From Heterodontus francisci (lineage: Eukaryota), in contig NC_090415.1 in NCBI RefSeq assembly GCF_036365525.1, positions 12,772,001-12,836,000 on the forward strand: a DNA stretch of 64,000 nucleotides. Direction: 5' to 3'. A program made the translations under genes and the position numbers. The stretch's first letter is position 1. Each line of letters begins with the position of its first letter. The notes under the pieces were generated by a model, which saw nothing but the letters and a program-made list of their open reading frames with translations, made no database searches and was not told where the DNA came from. Below, piece by piece: positions 38,440 to 52,403 of this stretch.

Positions 38440-39425
38440 TCCCTGCAGGACATGTGAGTGTGGCTTTCATTCTGTGCCTGTCAGTATGTGATATTTAACT
38501 GTGGCTTTTACTCCGTATTGGTCAATCTATGGTCAATGATTTTGTGATTTAATTCAGTAATTTCAATCTTCAATCGGTGATTCTGTTTTTCTTTCTTTCT
38601 CTGTAACATTCAGTTTCTAAATGGGTGATGATGGGTTTTGTTCTGTACCTATGAGCTTCTACTGAGTGAGTGTGGGTTTTGTTATGCATCTGTTAATATC
38701 TGCTTTTGGAGTCTGGGCATTTCTCTTTATCTGTTAATTTCTGAATTGTGAATTTGGATTTTAATCTGCACCTGTCAGTTTCTGGTATGAAAGGTTGTTT
38801 GATTTTGTCTCTGTACCTGTTAGTAAGTGACATTTTTGTGTAGCTTTACACAGCACATGTTAATTGATGACACGTCAGCATTGTTTTCACTCTACATGTC
38901 AGTCTCTGGTTTGGAGACCTCACCTGTGTTCTGTCCCCATCAGACGTCTTCATATAAGGATGGGTTTTAACCTGTTCCTTTCAATCTGTTGTATGTAAGT
39001 ACTGTTTATTATCTGTATCTGTAAGTTTCTGATGAATGAATGTGGACTGTATCACGTCCCTGTCAGTGGTTCATTAAGAGATATTTTACACTGTACCTGC
39101 CCGTTCTGATATGTGAGTGTGGGTTGTGATCTACGGCTGGCCGTTTCTGGTATGAGACATGAGCATTGTTTTTACTCTGTGCATGTTAGCCTCAAGTGCA
39201 GAAGCTGGGTTTAATAGTACTGCTCACTCTCTGCTGTATGATTATGGATTTTCATCTGGACAAGTTAATTTCTGGTACGGGCATGTGAATTTTATTCTCT
39301 ATGCCAATTTATGGTATGTGATTATGTGTTCTTTCTGTTCTGTCAGTTTCTGCTGAACTGTATGGTGGATTTGCTTTCAATCTGCCAAGTTCTGCGATGT
39401 GAATGTTGGTATTACTTTGTATTTG
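38440..39425 (+). repeat. Degenerate 41-bp repeat block
   Basis: Paralog of 5460-6420. Confidence 0.8.
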
Positions 39426-39429
39426 TCAT

Positions 39430-40410
39430 CGAGAGATAGAGTCATAGAGTTATACAGCACAGAAACAGGCCCTTAGACACATTGATGGCCGGCACAGGCA
39501 CAATCAGTGATCTATTCTAATCCCATTTTCCAGCACTTGGCCCATAGCCTTGTATGCTATGGCCTTTCAAATGTATATCTAAATACTTCTTAAATGTTGT
39601 GTGGGGTCCTGCCTCTACCACCCCTTTCAGGTAATGTGTTCCAGATTCCAACCACCATCTGGGTGAAAATGAAAAAAAAAACAATCCTCAAAACTCCTCT
39701 AAACCTCCTGCTTCTTACATTAAATCATGGCTGATCTGTTTCTGACTTGAATTCCACACTCCTATCTCCTCCCAATAATCTTTGATTCCCTTGCCTAACA
39801 AGAATCAATCAAGACCTGACTGAAAAAAAATATATTCATTGACACCGCCTCCACCACATTCTAAAGCACTGAATTTCAAAGTCTCACAAACCTCAGAGGG
39901 ATAAAAAAAATCTCCTCATCTCGGTCCTAAAAGTGTGACCCATACTTTTAAAGCAGCGCCCCCGATTTCTGAACTCATCCACAAGAGGAAACATCCTTTC
40001 CCCATCCACCTTGTCAAGACCATTCAGGATCTTATACACTTCAATCAAGTCTCCCCTCACTCTTCTAAACTCCAGTGAAAACTAACCCAGTCTGTCCAAC
40101 CTTTCCTCATAAGACATCCACTCAATCCAGGTATCAATCTAATAAACCTCCTCTGAAACACCTCCAACACATTTACTTCCTTCCTTAAATATGGAGACCA
40201 AAACTGCACACAGTATTCGAGCTGTGGTCTCACCAAAGCCCCGTATAACTGAAGCATAACATCCTTAGATTAATTTTCAATTCCTGTTGGAATAAAGGAT
40301 AACTTTCCAATTGCCTTTGTGATTTGCCATACCTGCATACTAACGTTTTATGACTCAAGCACAAGAACACCTGGATCCCTCTGCACCTCAGAATTCTGCA
40401 GTCATTCTCC
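39430..40410 (-). mobile_element. Two fused CR1 3' fragments
   Basis: Tail matches 6423-6690; ORF 40057..40257 [15 protein letters not shown]. Confidence 0.8.
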
Positions 40411-40412
40411 AC

Positions 40413-40598
40413 AGATACTCAGCAGGCCTGCCAGCATTTGTGGAGACAGAAACAGAGATAACCATTCTGGTCAATGGTCTTTCATCAGAAAGGTCTGTTC
40501 TGATCGAAGGTCATTGACCTGAAATGATAACTCACTTTCTCTCTCTACAGGTGCTGCCAGATTTGCAGATTATTTCCAGCATTTTCTGTTTTCATTTC
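40413..40598. mobile_element. Inverted Penelope terminal pair (paralog of 12954-13193)
   Basis: Same TCATCAGAAAGGTCTGT(T/C)CTGATC centre. Confidence 0.75.
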
Positions 40599-40599
40599 C

Positions 40600-41355
40600 A
40601 CTGTACATCGTATATTCTGGCAAATGAATGTGGGATTAATCTTTAACCTTTGGTTTCTGATCTGTAAATGTGGGTTTTACCGAGCATGTTGTCAGTTACT
40701 GCAATGCAAATATCTGTTTTATTCTGTAACATTTTGTTTGTGGTAATTGATTGTGGGTTTTACTCTGCATCTGCCAGTCTCTGTAATGTGAATGTGGCTT
40801 TTGTCTGTGCATGATTTGTGAGTATGTGTTTTACTTTCCCTGTATGTTTCTGAATGTGGATTTTGCTATGTACCTCAGTTACTTTATGTGTATATGTTGT
40901 ATTCTGTTTCTGTGCATCTATGGTGAGTGTAACATTTCCCCTGTATCTATCAGAATCACTCTTGCGAGGATGGTCATTATTCTGTATTTGTTGGTTTATG
41001 GTAGTCCTTGATTTATACTTTTACGGTCACTCTCTGATATGCTACTATACAGTTTACTCTGCACTTGTCAGATTCTGCTATGTGATATTGTCTTTTATCT
41101 ATCTGTCTGTGTCTGGTATCCTATTGCAAGTTTTACTGTCTACCCATCAGCTTCTGGTATTTAAGTATGAGGTTCACATTGTATCTTTCATCTTGTTCTG
41201 TGTGAATCTGCTTCTGCCTTGAACTGACAGTTTCTACTCTGTGAGTGTACATTTGAAGGGTGCTTGTTAACTTCTGCGAAATAGATGATAGTTTTACTCT
41301 GTGCATGTCAGTCACTGCAATGGGAAGTTGGGATTCATGCTGTATCTGCCATTTG
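40600..41355 (+). repeat. Degenerate 41-bp repeat block
   Basis: Paralog of 13195-13955. Confidence 0.75.
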
Positions 41356-41371
41356 ATTTATTGATCTATTC

Positions 41372-42417
41372 TGGTTTTTGGCTGGCCCATAGAAGACAGA
41401 GGGTGGTAGTAGATGGAAAGTATTCAGCCTGGAGCTCGGTGACCAGTGGTGTTCCACAGAGATCTGTTCTGGGACCTCTGCTCTTTGTGATTTTTATAAA
41501 TGACTTGGATGAGGAAGTGGAAGGCTGGGTTAGCAAGTTTGCCGATGACACGAAGATTGCTGGAGTTGTGGATAGTGTGGAAGGCTGTTGTAGGTTGCAA
41601 TGGGACATTGACAGGATGCAGAGCTGGGCTGAGAAGTGGCAGATGGAGTTCAACCTGGAAAAGTGTGAAGTGATCCATTTTGGAAGGTCGAATTTGAATG
41701 CAGAATACAGGCTTAAAGACAGGATTCTTGGTAGTGTGGAGGAACAGAAGGATCTTGGGGTCCATTTCCATAAATCGCTCAAAGTTGCCACCCAAGTTGA
41801 TAAGGGTTGTTAAAAGGCGTATGGTGTGTTGGCTTTCATTAACAGGGGGATTGAGTTTTAAGAGCCGCGAGGTTATGCTGCAGCTCTATAAAGCCCTGGT
41901 TAGACCACACTTGGAATATTGTGTTCAGTACTGGTCGCCTCATTATAGGAAGGATGTGGAAGCTTTAGAGAGGGTGCAGAGATTTACCAGGCTGCTGCCT
42001 GGACTGGAGGGCATGTCTTACGAAGAAAGGTTGAGGGAGCTAGGGCTCTTCTCATTGGAGCAAAGAAGGATGAGAGGTGACTTGATAGAGGGGTACAAGA
42101 TGATGAGAGGCATAGATAGAGTGGATAGCCGGAGACTTTTTCCCACGGTGGAAAGGGCTATCACCAGGGGGCATAATTTTAAGGTGATTGGAGGAAGGTT
42201 TCGGGGAGATGTCAGAGGTCGGGTCTTTACACAGAGAGTGGTGGGTGCGTGGAATGCACTGTCAGTGCTGGTAGTAGAAGCAGATACATTAGGAACATTT
42301 AAGCGACTCTTGGATAGGTACATGGATGATAGTAGAAAGAAGGGTATGCAGGTAGTTTGATCTTAGAGGAGGTTAAAGGTTCGGCACAACATCGTGGGCC
42401 GAAGGGCCTGTACTGTT
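41372..42417 (+). mobile_element. CR1 3' portion (RT C-terminal half)
   Basis: [20 protein letters not shown]; GGGCCGAAGGGCC tail. Confidence 0.92.
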
Positions 42418-42753
42418 TAGTTTAGTTTAGAGATACAGCACTGAAACAGGCCCTTCGGCCCACCGAGTCTGTGCCGACCATCAACCACCCATTTATACTA
42501 ATCCTACACGAATCCCATATTCCTACCACATCCCCACCTGTCCCTATATTTCCCTACCACCTACCTATACGAGGGGCAATTTATAATGGCCAATTAACCG
42601 ATCAACCTGCAAGTCTTTGGCATGTGGGAGGAAACCAGAGCACCTGGAGGAAACCCACGCAGACACAGGGAGAACATGCAAACTCCACACAGGCAGTACC
42701 CAGAATTGAACCCGGGTCGCTGGAGCTGTGAGGCTGCGTTGCTAACCTCTGCG
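42418..42753 (-). mobile_element. HE1-type V-SINE inserted in a CR1 tail
   Basis: TSD CTGTACTGTT 42408-42417/42754-42763. Confidence 0.92.
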
Positions 42754-42766
42754 CTGTACTGTTCTA

Positions 42767-44315
42767 TACCCCGTATCCTGAGACTGTGACCCCTGGTTCT
42801 GGACTCCCCAGCCATCGGGAACAACCTCCCTGCATTCAGCATGAATCCTGTTAGAATTTTATAGGTTTCTATGAGATCCCCTCTCATTCTTCTAAACCAA
42901 AGTAAATGTAGGCCTACTCTCCTCGTACATCAATCCTGCCAGCCCAGGAACCAAGGCGAGAACAAAATTCCTAAGATAAATAGACCAAAACTACACACAA
43001 TACGGTGGCACAGTGGTTAGCACCACAGCCTCACAGCTCTAGCGACATGGGTTTGGTTCTGGGTACTGCCCGTGTGGAGTTTGCAAGTTCTTCCTGTGAC
43101 CATGTGGGTTTCCGCTGGGTGCTCTGATTTTCTCCCACAGCCAAAGAGTTGCAGGTTGATAGGTAAATTGGCCATTGTAAATTGCCCCTAGTATAGGTTG
43201 GTGGTCGGGAAGGTGGGTAGAGGTAGGGAATATGGCATTAATGTAGGATTAGTATAAATAGGTGATTGTTGGTCGGATGGGGTTAATGTAGGATTAGTGT
43301 AAAAATAGGTGGTTGTTGGTCAGCACAGACTCGGTTGTCCAAAGGGCCTGGTTCAGTGCTGTATCACTCTATGACTCTAAATACTCCAGATGAGTCTCAC
43401 CAAGGCCTTGTATAACTGCAGTAAGACATCTGTGCTCCGACACTGAAATCCTCTTGCAACGAAGGCCAACATACCATTTTCCTTCCTAATTGCTTGCTGC
43501 ACCTGAATGCTTGCTTTCAGCGACTGATGTACAAGGACACCCAGGTCTCGTTGCACCTCCCCCTTTCCCTATCTATCACTATTCAGATAATAATCTGCTT
43601 TACTGTTTTAAAACCAAAGTGGATAAATTCACTTTTATCCAATTTATATTTCATCTGCCACACAGTTGCCTACTCACCCAACTTGTCCAAATCACATTGG
43701 AGCCTTTTGCATCCTCCTCACAGCTCACAATCCCCCCCCCCCCCCCCACCCCAAACCCCACCCCCAGCTCTGTCTCATCTGCTAACCTGGAAATGTTACA
43801 TTTACTTCCCTCACCCAAGTCTGTAAGATATATTGTGAATAGCTGGGGCTCAAGCACAGTTTCCTGCAGTACCCCACTGGACCCTACCTGCCACCCAGAA
43901 ATATACCCATTTATTCCTGCTCTGTTTCCTGTCTGTCAACTAATTCCCAATCCCTGCCAGTATATTACCCCCAATCCCATGTGCTTTAATTTTGCACACT
44001 AACCTCTTTTATGTGGGACCTTGTCAAAAGCCTTCTGAAAATCCAAATGCACCACATCCACTAGTTCTCCATTATCGAGTCTGCTAGTTCCATCCTCAAA
44101 AAACTCCAGTGGATTTGTTAAGCATGACTTCTCTTTCGTAAAATTATCACATCCTTTATAATAGACTCCAGCAATTTCCCCACTACTGATGTCAGGTTCA
44201 CTCGTCTGTAATTCCTTTTTTTTCTCTCCCTCCTTGTTTTAAATAGTGAGGTTACATTTTCCACCCTCCAATCTGTACGAACTGCTCCAGAGTCTACAGA
44301 ATTTTGGAATATCCG
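42767..44315 (-). mobile_element. Decayed CR1 RT region containing an HE1 SINE (43003-43378, +)
   Basis: ORFs 42594..42887 and 44118..44363; paralog at 61165-62705. Confidence 0.8.
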
Positions 44316-44511
44316 GTACTTCATATGTATCTCAGGCATTGTGGTGACAACTCTTTGTTTCACACGTTAATGTATCAATATGTGTTTCCTTGTGTTTAAT
44401 TTAAAATATGGATTAACAATGTTTTATTGCTGTCGGTTTTATTCAATTCTTGTTTGTGAGTTGTATCTCTGCAAAAGCAATTGTGAATGACAATCTTTCA
44501 ACCAAAACCAA

Positions 44512-44750
44512 ACATCCCCACCTGTCTCTATATTTCCCTACCACCTACCTATACTAGTGACAATTTATAATGGCCAATTCACCTATCAACCTGCAAGTCT
44601 TTTGGCTTGTGGGAGGAAACCGGAGCTCCCGGAGAAAACCCACGCAGACACAGGGAGAACTTGCAAACTCCACACAGGCAGTACCCGGAATCGAACCCGG
44701 GTCCCTGGAGCTGTGAGGCTGCGGTGCTAACCACTGCGCCACTGTGCCGC
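44512..44750 (-). mobile_element. HE1-type V-SINE, 3'-truncated
   Basis: GGCGGCACAGTGGCGCAGTGG (A box) and GGTTCGATTCC (B box). Confidence 0.9.
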
Positions 44751-44754
44751 CACT

Positions 44755-46454
44755 GTTTCTTCCAGAAACATCTAAATCTCGGAACCTGCAACATCCATTC
44801 CTGCCCCTGCTCTACCCATGTCTCCGAAATGGCCACTACATCGAGATCCCAGGTACCAACCCATGCTGCAAGCTCACCCACCTTATTCCGGATGCTCCTG
44901 GCGTTGAAATAGACACACTTTAAACCAGGTTCTTGCTTGCCAGTGCCCTCTTGCGTCCTTGTAACCATATCCCTGACCTCACTACTCTCAACATCCTGTA
45001 CACTGGCACTACAATTTAGGTTCCCATTCCCCTGCTGAATTAGTTTACCCCCCCCCGAAGAGCACTAGCAAATCTCCCCCTCCAGGATATTGGTACCCCT
45101 CTGGTTCAGGTGAAGACCATCCTGTTTGTAGAGGTCCCACCTACCCCAGAAAGAGCCCCAATTATCCAGGAAACCAAAACCCTCCCTCCTGCACCATCCC
45201 TGCAGCCACATGTTCAACTCCTCTCTCTCCCTATTCCTCTCTTCGCTATCACGTGGCACGGGCAACAACCCAGAGATAACAACTCTGTTTGTTCTCGCTC
45301 TAAGCTTCCACCCTAGCTCCCTGAATTTCTGTCTTAAATCCCCATCTCTCTTCCTACCTATGTCGTTGGTGCCTATGTGGACCACGACTTGGGGCTGCTC
45401 CCCCTCCCCATTAAGGATCCCAAAAACACGATCCGAGACATCACGAACCCTGGCACCTGGGAGGCAACATACCAACCGTGAGTCTCTCTCGTTCCCACAG
45501 AACCTCCTATCTGTTCCCCTAACTATGGAGTCCCCAATGACTAATGTTCTGCTCCTCTTCCCCTTCCCTTCTGAGCAACAGGGACAGACTCTGTGCCAGA
45601 TATCCGTACCCCATTGCTTACCCCTGGTAAGTCGTCCCCCGCAACAGTATCCAAAACGGTATACCTGTTGTTGAGGGAAACGGCCACAGGGGATCCCTGC
45701 ACTGCCTGCTGGTTCCCTCTCCTTCCCCTGACGGTAACCCATCTACCTACTTCTTTTACCTGAGGTGTGACTACCTCCCCATAACTCCTCTCAATAACCT
45801 CCTCCGCCTCCCGAATGATCCGAAGTTCATCCAGCTCCAGCTCCAGTTCCCTAACGCGGTTCTCGAGGAGCTGGAGTTGGGTGCACTTCCCACAGATGCA
45901 GTCAGCAGGGACACTCTTGGCGACCCTTACCTCCCACATTCTGCAGGAGGAACATGCAACTGCCTTAACCTCTATTCCCACTATTCCAAATTCCCAACAA
46001 ATCTACTGAAAAACAAAAAGTCAAAACTTGTTAGGTTAGCAATCCAACGGACAGAACTTCCTAAATAAAAAGCTTACCTTATCAACACACCAGAGTACTT
46101 TTTTTATGGTTAGAGGAGGAGGGTGGGTGGGAGACACTACACGTGTAGTGTCTCGGGTACAGCCACCACACAAATATATACCTTTTTCCTTACCCAGCAG
46201 TCCCCTGGTCCTCCGAAAACAAAAGGGAATTCACTTTTAAACTTACGCTGAAATTGACTTCACAGCTGTAAGCCCGTTCACGCACCTCCACTGCTATCCA
46301 CGCTGCGGACACCGAAACTAAAAGAAAGAGATTCTAAACCACACAACTATATACCTTTTTCCTTACCCAGCAGTCCCCTGGTCCTCCGAAAACAAAAGGG
46401 AATTCACTTTTAAACTTACGCTGAAATTGACTTCACAGCTGTAAGCCCGTTCAC
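44755..46454 (-). mobile_element. CR1 5' half: 5' UTR, ORF1 (Zn-finger, coiled coil, SGNH esterase; frameshifted) and ORF2 endonuclease start
   Basis: CSSC..CGKC and LELELDEL (45541..45981); GDS, HIGTND, DGLH (45065..45742); YFNARSI (44579..44968). Confidence 0.92.
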
Positions 46455-46469
46455 TAAAACTAAAAGCTA

Positions 46470-47312
46470 CTATTAACTCCCCATTCTCATTCTCTAAAGG
46501 ACCAACACTCACTTTACTTACACTTTTCCTTTTTAAATACCTATAGAAACTCTTGCTATCCGTTTTTACACTTCTAGCTAGTTCTGTCATAATCTAATTT
46601 ATTTTCGGCTGATTAACCTTTCAGTCATTCTCTGCCATTCATTATATTCTGACCAATCATCTGACCTGCCACTCGTCTTTGCACAATTCTATGCTTTTTC
46701 ATTAAGGTTGAGGCTATCCTTAACTTCTTTAGTTAACAATGGATGGTGGGACCTCCCCTTGGAATTTTACTTTACTGTAGGAATATAATTCCTTTGAGTA
46801 TTCAGAAATATTGCCTTCAATGTCTGCTACTGCTTCTCTATTGATTTATCTCCTCGCCTAGTAACCCAGTTCAATTCAGCTAGCTCAGCTTTCATGCCCA
46901 CATAGTTGTCCTTATTTAAGTTTAAAATACTAGTCTTCGACCCACTCCTCTCAATTTCAAACTGGATGCAAAATTCAGTCATATTGTGGTTGCTGCTACC
47001 TAGAGCTGCCTTTACACTGAGGTCATTAATTAATCCTGTCAAATTACACAATACCAAATCTAATATAACCTGGTTCCAGAATGTACTGCTCAAAGAAACT
47101 ATCTCAAAAGCATTCTTTGAACTCCTCGTCCAGGCTGCTATAACCAATCTCATTTTTCCCGTTTATATGTTGAATAAAATCCCCATTATTATTTCCATCC
47201 CTTTATCACAGGCACCCAAAATTTGTTCTTGTCTACTTTACCCTACATTGTCATTATTGCTCAGTGGCCAGGACACAACTCCTACTAGTGACTTCTTTCC
47301 CCCACTATTCCC
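46470..47312 (-). mobile_element. Decayed CR1 endonuclease region (third paralog of 22055-23260)
   Basis: ORF 46827..47153. Confidence 0.75.
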
Positions 47313-47314
47313 TG

Positions 47315-48790
47315 GTCTACAATTTATCTCTGTCAGTTTCTGATTTTGAGTGTGAGTATATCTGTACCTGTTTTATGTGAGAACCGTCTTATTCTGTACC
47401 TTTCAGATTTTGATGTGTCTGTGTGTCTGGCTTGTACTTGGTCCCAATCAGTTTCGAATATGAGTGTGTGGATTTGACTGTTAATATTACATTCTTGGGA
47501 ATATGAGTGGGGGTTCACACTTCATCTTTGAGTGTCCAGTTAGGCCAATTTAAAGGTTTAATCTGTGCCCTTAAATTTCTAATGTGTCGCTGTGATTTTT
47601 ATCCTGTCACTGTCACTATCTGTTATAAGAGTAAGGGGTACATTCTGGTTTTTGATTGTGGATTTTTCACCACATCTCGACATTGTCTCGGATGTGAATG
47701 TGATTTTTAATCTCTACATGCCAGTTTCTGACATATGGCTCTGAGGTTTAATTTGTACATGTCATTCTCTGGTATGTGACTGCCAATTGTATTCTGAACC
47801 TCTCAGTTTCCTTTACCTGTGTGCGAGTTTTAGTTGGTATCTGTCAGTATCTGGTATATGAAGCTTCTTCCTTATGCGTATGTTTTGTTCTGTATTTGTC
47901 AGTGTCTGAAGTGCCAATTGTCAGGTTTTCTTTGTACATTGTCACTCTCTGTTATGCATCACAGACTTTCCCTCTCTAACTGTAAATTTCTTACAATTCA
48001 CCGTGGATTTCACTCTGTGTCTGTCAGTCTCTGGTAGTTAAGTGTGGTTTTTATACTTCATCTCCTAATTTCTGATCTGTGAATGGAGATGTTAATCTGT
48101 ACCTTTTGGCTTCTAGTGTGCGAGTCTGTGTTTCAATCTGTATCTACCAGTTTCTCATATGTGAAGGTGGCATTTATTCTGTACCAGTTACTTTCTGAAA
48201 TGTGTGAAGGTTTCAATCTTTCCCTGTCAGTTTCTGGTATGTGAATGTGGGTTTATTCTGGATCTTTCAATCTTTGGAATTTGACTACATGCTTTATCCT
48301 ATACCTTTTTACTTCTGTTAAGTGAATGAAGGATTAGATCTGTACCTGTCCATTGATAGTAAATGATTATCTGTTTTAGTCTGTACCTGGCAGTTTCTGG
48401 CAAAGTAAGGTGGTTTATTTCTCTACCTGCCAGATTCTGATATGTGACTGTTGTTTTATTCTGTACCTGTTATTTTCTGTGATATGAATCTGGTTTTTGA
48501 TCTGTACCTGTCAGTTGCTGTTACTTGACTGAGTTTCACTTTGCACCAGTTGGTTTCTGGTATGTGAGTGTCAGTTTTAAGTTGTACCTGTAAAGTTAAG
48601 GTATGACAGTGTGGGTTTATTCTGTATCTTTCAAACTCTAGTGTGTGATATGGGTTTTTTTGTCTCTGAATCTTTCGGTTTCTGGTCTGCAGGTTTGTGT
48701 TCTTATCTGCGTCTTACAGTTCCTTATAGGTGTCTGTGTGCACATTTCCATTTTCTGCAGCTATCAACGTCTGCTATGTGAGTATGTGTA
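47315..48790 (+). repeat. Degenerate 41-bp repeat block
   Basis: Same unit; paralog of 23930-25385 and 57000-58150. Confidence 0.85.
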
Positions 48791-48794
48791 ATGT

Positions 48795-50780
48795 GTGAAG
48801 ACCAAGGCAAAATATTGGGAAAAATTATTTGCCATTTCCCTGTTCCCCATTATCAGTTCTCCAGTTGCATCCTCTGAGGTCCCCTCACTCACTTTAGCTA
48901 CTCTCGTTCTTTTCATACAGCCGGAGAATCTCTCGCTGTTTGTTTATATATTTCTCGCCAATTTACTATCAGAATCAATGTTCCCCCTCTTTATTAACAT
49001 TTTAGTCATCCGTTGCTGATTCCTAAAATATTCCCAATCAACTGGCCCACCACTAGTTTTTGCCTCTTTGTATGCCTTAGTTTTTAATTGGATATTCTCC
49101 TTGGCAGCATTTATTAACCACAGATGCTTCATCCTTCTCTTTTTGACTGGGATAAATTTTTGCTCAGCATTATGAAATATCTGTTTAAATGTCTGCCACT
49201 GCTCATCCACTGACCTTCCCCTTAATCCATTTTCCCAGCCCACTTTAGACAACTCTTTCTTCATACCACAGCAATTGCCATTGTTTAATTTGAGGACACT
49301 GGTTTGAGACCCGAGTTGCTCGCCCTCAAACTGAATTTGAAATTCTACCATGTTGTGATCACTACCCCATAGAGGATCCTTCACTACAATATCTCTTGTT
49401 AATCCTATCACATTACACATTACTAGATCCAAAATAACCTGTTCCCGGGTATGTTCTGTAATGTATTGATCGAAGTAACAGTCCCTGATGTACTCTACAA
49501 ATTCACCTTCCATATTACCTCTGCCAATCTGATTTGTCCAGTCAACATGCAGATTAAAATCATTCGTGACTATTGTAGCACCCTTCTTACATGGCTCCAA
49601 TAATTCCCGATTTATACTTTGTCCTACAGTGAGACAGCTCTTCGGGGGCCTATGGATGACTCCCACCCGTGACTTCTTCCCTTTGCTATTCCTTATTTCC
49701 ACACAAACTGATTCCACATCATGATCTATTGCACCTATTTCACTACTCAACACCGCACTGATACCATCCTTTATTAACAAAGCTACCCCACCTCCTTTTC
49801 CTTTTTGCCTATTTTTCCAGAGCATTGTATACCCTTGAATATTGAGTTTCCAGTCTTGGTCACCCTGCAACTACGTCTCTGTAATAGCTATCAAGTCACA
49901 TTCATTTATTTCTATTTGTGCCGCCAACTGATCTATCTTGTTACAAATGCTGTGTGCATTCAGATAAAGAGGCTTTGACTTTTTATCATTATTATTCATT
50001 CTGGTTCTAATTTCTGCTGAACTCTGCTGCTAATATTAGCTGCACCTTCCTGTCATACTTTGATTACCGTTTGCCTCTTCACTACTCTGCACCTCTGTTC
50101 TCTCGTTCCTTTTTGATTTTTGAAGCTTCCCTTCAATTGAACGCCACCCCCCACCCCACACTAAAAAATTTTTAAAGTCCTATCTACAACCCTCGTTATA
50201 TGATTCGCCAGGACATTGGTCCCAGCATGGTCCAAATGAAGCCTGTCCCAGTGGAACAGCTCTCTCCTTTCCCAGTACTGGTGCCAGTGCCCCAGGAATT
50301 GGAACCCGTTTCTCCCACACCAATCTTTGAGCCATACGTTTACCTCTATAATCTGATTTACCCTACACCAATTTGCACGTTGCTCTGGTAGCATTCTGGA
50401 GAGTATTACCTTTCTGGTTCTGCTTTTTAATTTAGCCCCAACCTGCTCATAGGCCCTGAGCAGAACCGGATTCCTTGTCCTACCGATGTGGACCAAGACA
50501 GCTGGATCCTTCCCCTCCCACTCCAAGTTACTCTCCAGTCAAGAAGAGATGTCATTAATCTCGGCACCAGGTCGGCAACACAGCCTTTGGGACTCCCTGT
50601 TATTGATGCCAGAGAGTGGTATACTTCCCCAAAATCTGCAATCCCCTATTACTAATCCCCCCACTTGAATAGCGCTTTGAACCACGGTGCTGTGGACAGT
50701 TTGCTCATCCTCCCCTACAGCCTGTGCCCTCGTCCACACAGGGAGCAAGAAGCTCATACCTATTGGATAAGGGCTAATGA
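48795..50780 (-). mobile_element. Decayed CR1 (esterase ORF1 and endonuclease)
   Basis: ORFs 48944..49870 (GGGVAL, GSDH) and 50161..50526. Confidence 0.88.
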
Positions 50781-51560
50781 TATGTATATGAATGTGGGCC
50801 ACATTCTGGACTTTCAGTCTCTGGTCCTGTGTGTGAATGTAGGGTTTATTCTGAATTTGACAGTCTCTGGTACTGAATGTGTGCTTGGAATGCATTCCTT
50901 ATGTGTCTGTCTATGGGGGAGTGTGTAAGTGTGGGAGACATTCTGTATCTGCCAGTATCTCGACTGTGCACACAGGATAGACACATTCAATATATGTAAG
51001 TTACTGATACTGTGTCTGTATATGTAATTCATTCCTGATCTGTGAGGTTCTGGCACCCTGGTTGAGTGTAGGATTCACTCTGCATCTATGTGTCTTTGTG
51101 CTATCAATATGTGTTTACTTGTGTTTAATTTAAAATATGGATTAACTATATTTTATTGCTGTAGGTGTTATGCAATTCTTGTTTGTGAGTTGCAGTTTGG
51201 TATCCAATTTGTATCTCTGCAAAAGCAATTGTGAATGACAATCTTTCAATTTTAGAGCATGACCTGATATGTAATGTCAAATTCCATCAGTTTGTAGAAA
51301 ATGAATTAATCCTGTGTGTTTTTGTCAGACCCTTAGTGACATGTTTGGACTGGTGTGTAACTTGTGTCTCAGTTTATATTGTGGGGTATGTTATTGGGAT
51401 TCATTCTGTCGCTTTCAATCAGGTACATTTGTTCAATTCTACTTAAGATTTGGTAATTGAATTGTAACCAAGGTGACACAATGTATTTAAATCTGATACT
51501 GTGTGTTTTTGGACTGTAATTGATATATCTACCAGTCAGTTGGAGTGAAATAGAAACGAC
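50780..51560 (+). repeat. More diverged 41-bp-related block
   Basis: Scattered TCTGTATCTGCCAG and TTTCAGTCTCTGG units; paralogs at 60550-60895 and 62705-63200. Confidence 0.55.
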
Positions 51561-52267
51561 TACTATCTCTAATGCTCTGTTTGACTATTGAATTGATAAT
51601 GTGTCTCTTTGGGATCTGTGTGGGTCTGACTACTTCTTTTGTTTGTTACAGTGGAAATGACGACCTGACCATGTCAGTGTGCTTTGTGAGTGATACTGTA
51701 CCTACTGTGTATTGGAACGAGCTGGATGCACGTTTCCTTCTGTCGAGGAGTCATGCCTTTCATTCTGGTTCCTTCAAGTGTTTGCCTGCAGGAAAAGAAA
51801 GGCAACTCTTATACTTGAATAACAGCTGAGTGAGAAGACAGAAAAGTGATCAATGTAATCTTTTCAATAATAAACATTCTGAACAATCACAAAAGGAAAG
51901 TTAACAACACAAGCAGTGTCAGTGTCTGAGTCCACTGCAGTACTGCAGAACTCTGCTTCTACTTGCCAGGTATTTGGAACGGTTTTATAACAATATTGTG
52001 ACATTCAGAAACACCCCAAGCCCCGCACTGCTCCATGAATTGGAATACCCGATCGAGTAGTGACATTTGTGTAAGCCAGATTTCTATTTCCATGTCTCAT
52101 TGTTCAACGGACAACAAGTAAGCACTGTTTAAAAAAGTGTCCTTAATCTTCTCACCTGGTCCCTTCAAATCTACCGCATCTTTATTGTTCAGCAATTTTC
52201 TTCTGCTGTACTCTATTTAGTAACAATAAATAGTGAGATACTGGATCTGAATCAGGAACATTCATTA

Positions 52268-52403
52268 CTGAAGAAGGGTCACTGACCTGAAACGTTAACT
52301 CTGCTTCTCTCTCCACAGATACAGCCAGACCTGCTGAGTATTTACAACATTTCTTGTTTTTATTTCAGATTTCCAGCATCCGCAGTATTTTGCTTTTTAT
52401 TAT
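52268..52403 (+). mobile_element. Short Penelope-derived insertion that begins at the hammerhead core
   Basis: CTGAAGAAGGGTCACTGACCTGAAACGTTAACT; TSD AACATTCATTACTG 52257-52270/52404-52417. Confidence 0.9.

Noticed and set aside
44690-44750. tRNA genes suggested by A and B boxes (also GTTCGAATC near 31438)
   Set aside because: These are tRNA-derived SINE heads; the 31438 motif has no cloverleaf context
46095-46170. HDV-like ribozyme in the CR1 5' UTR
   Set aside because: Could not build the nested double pseudoknot by eye; only the palindrome is supported
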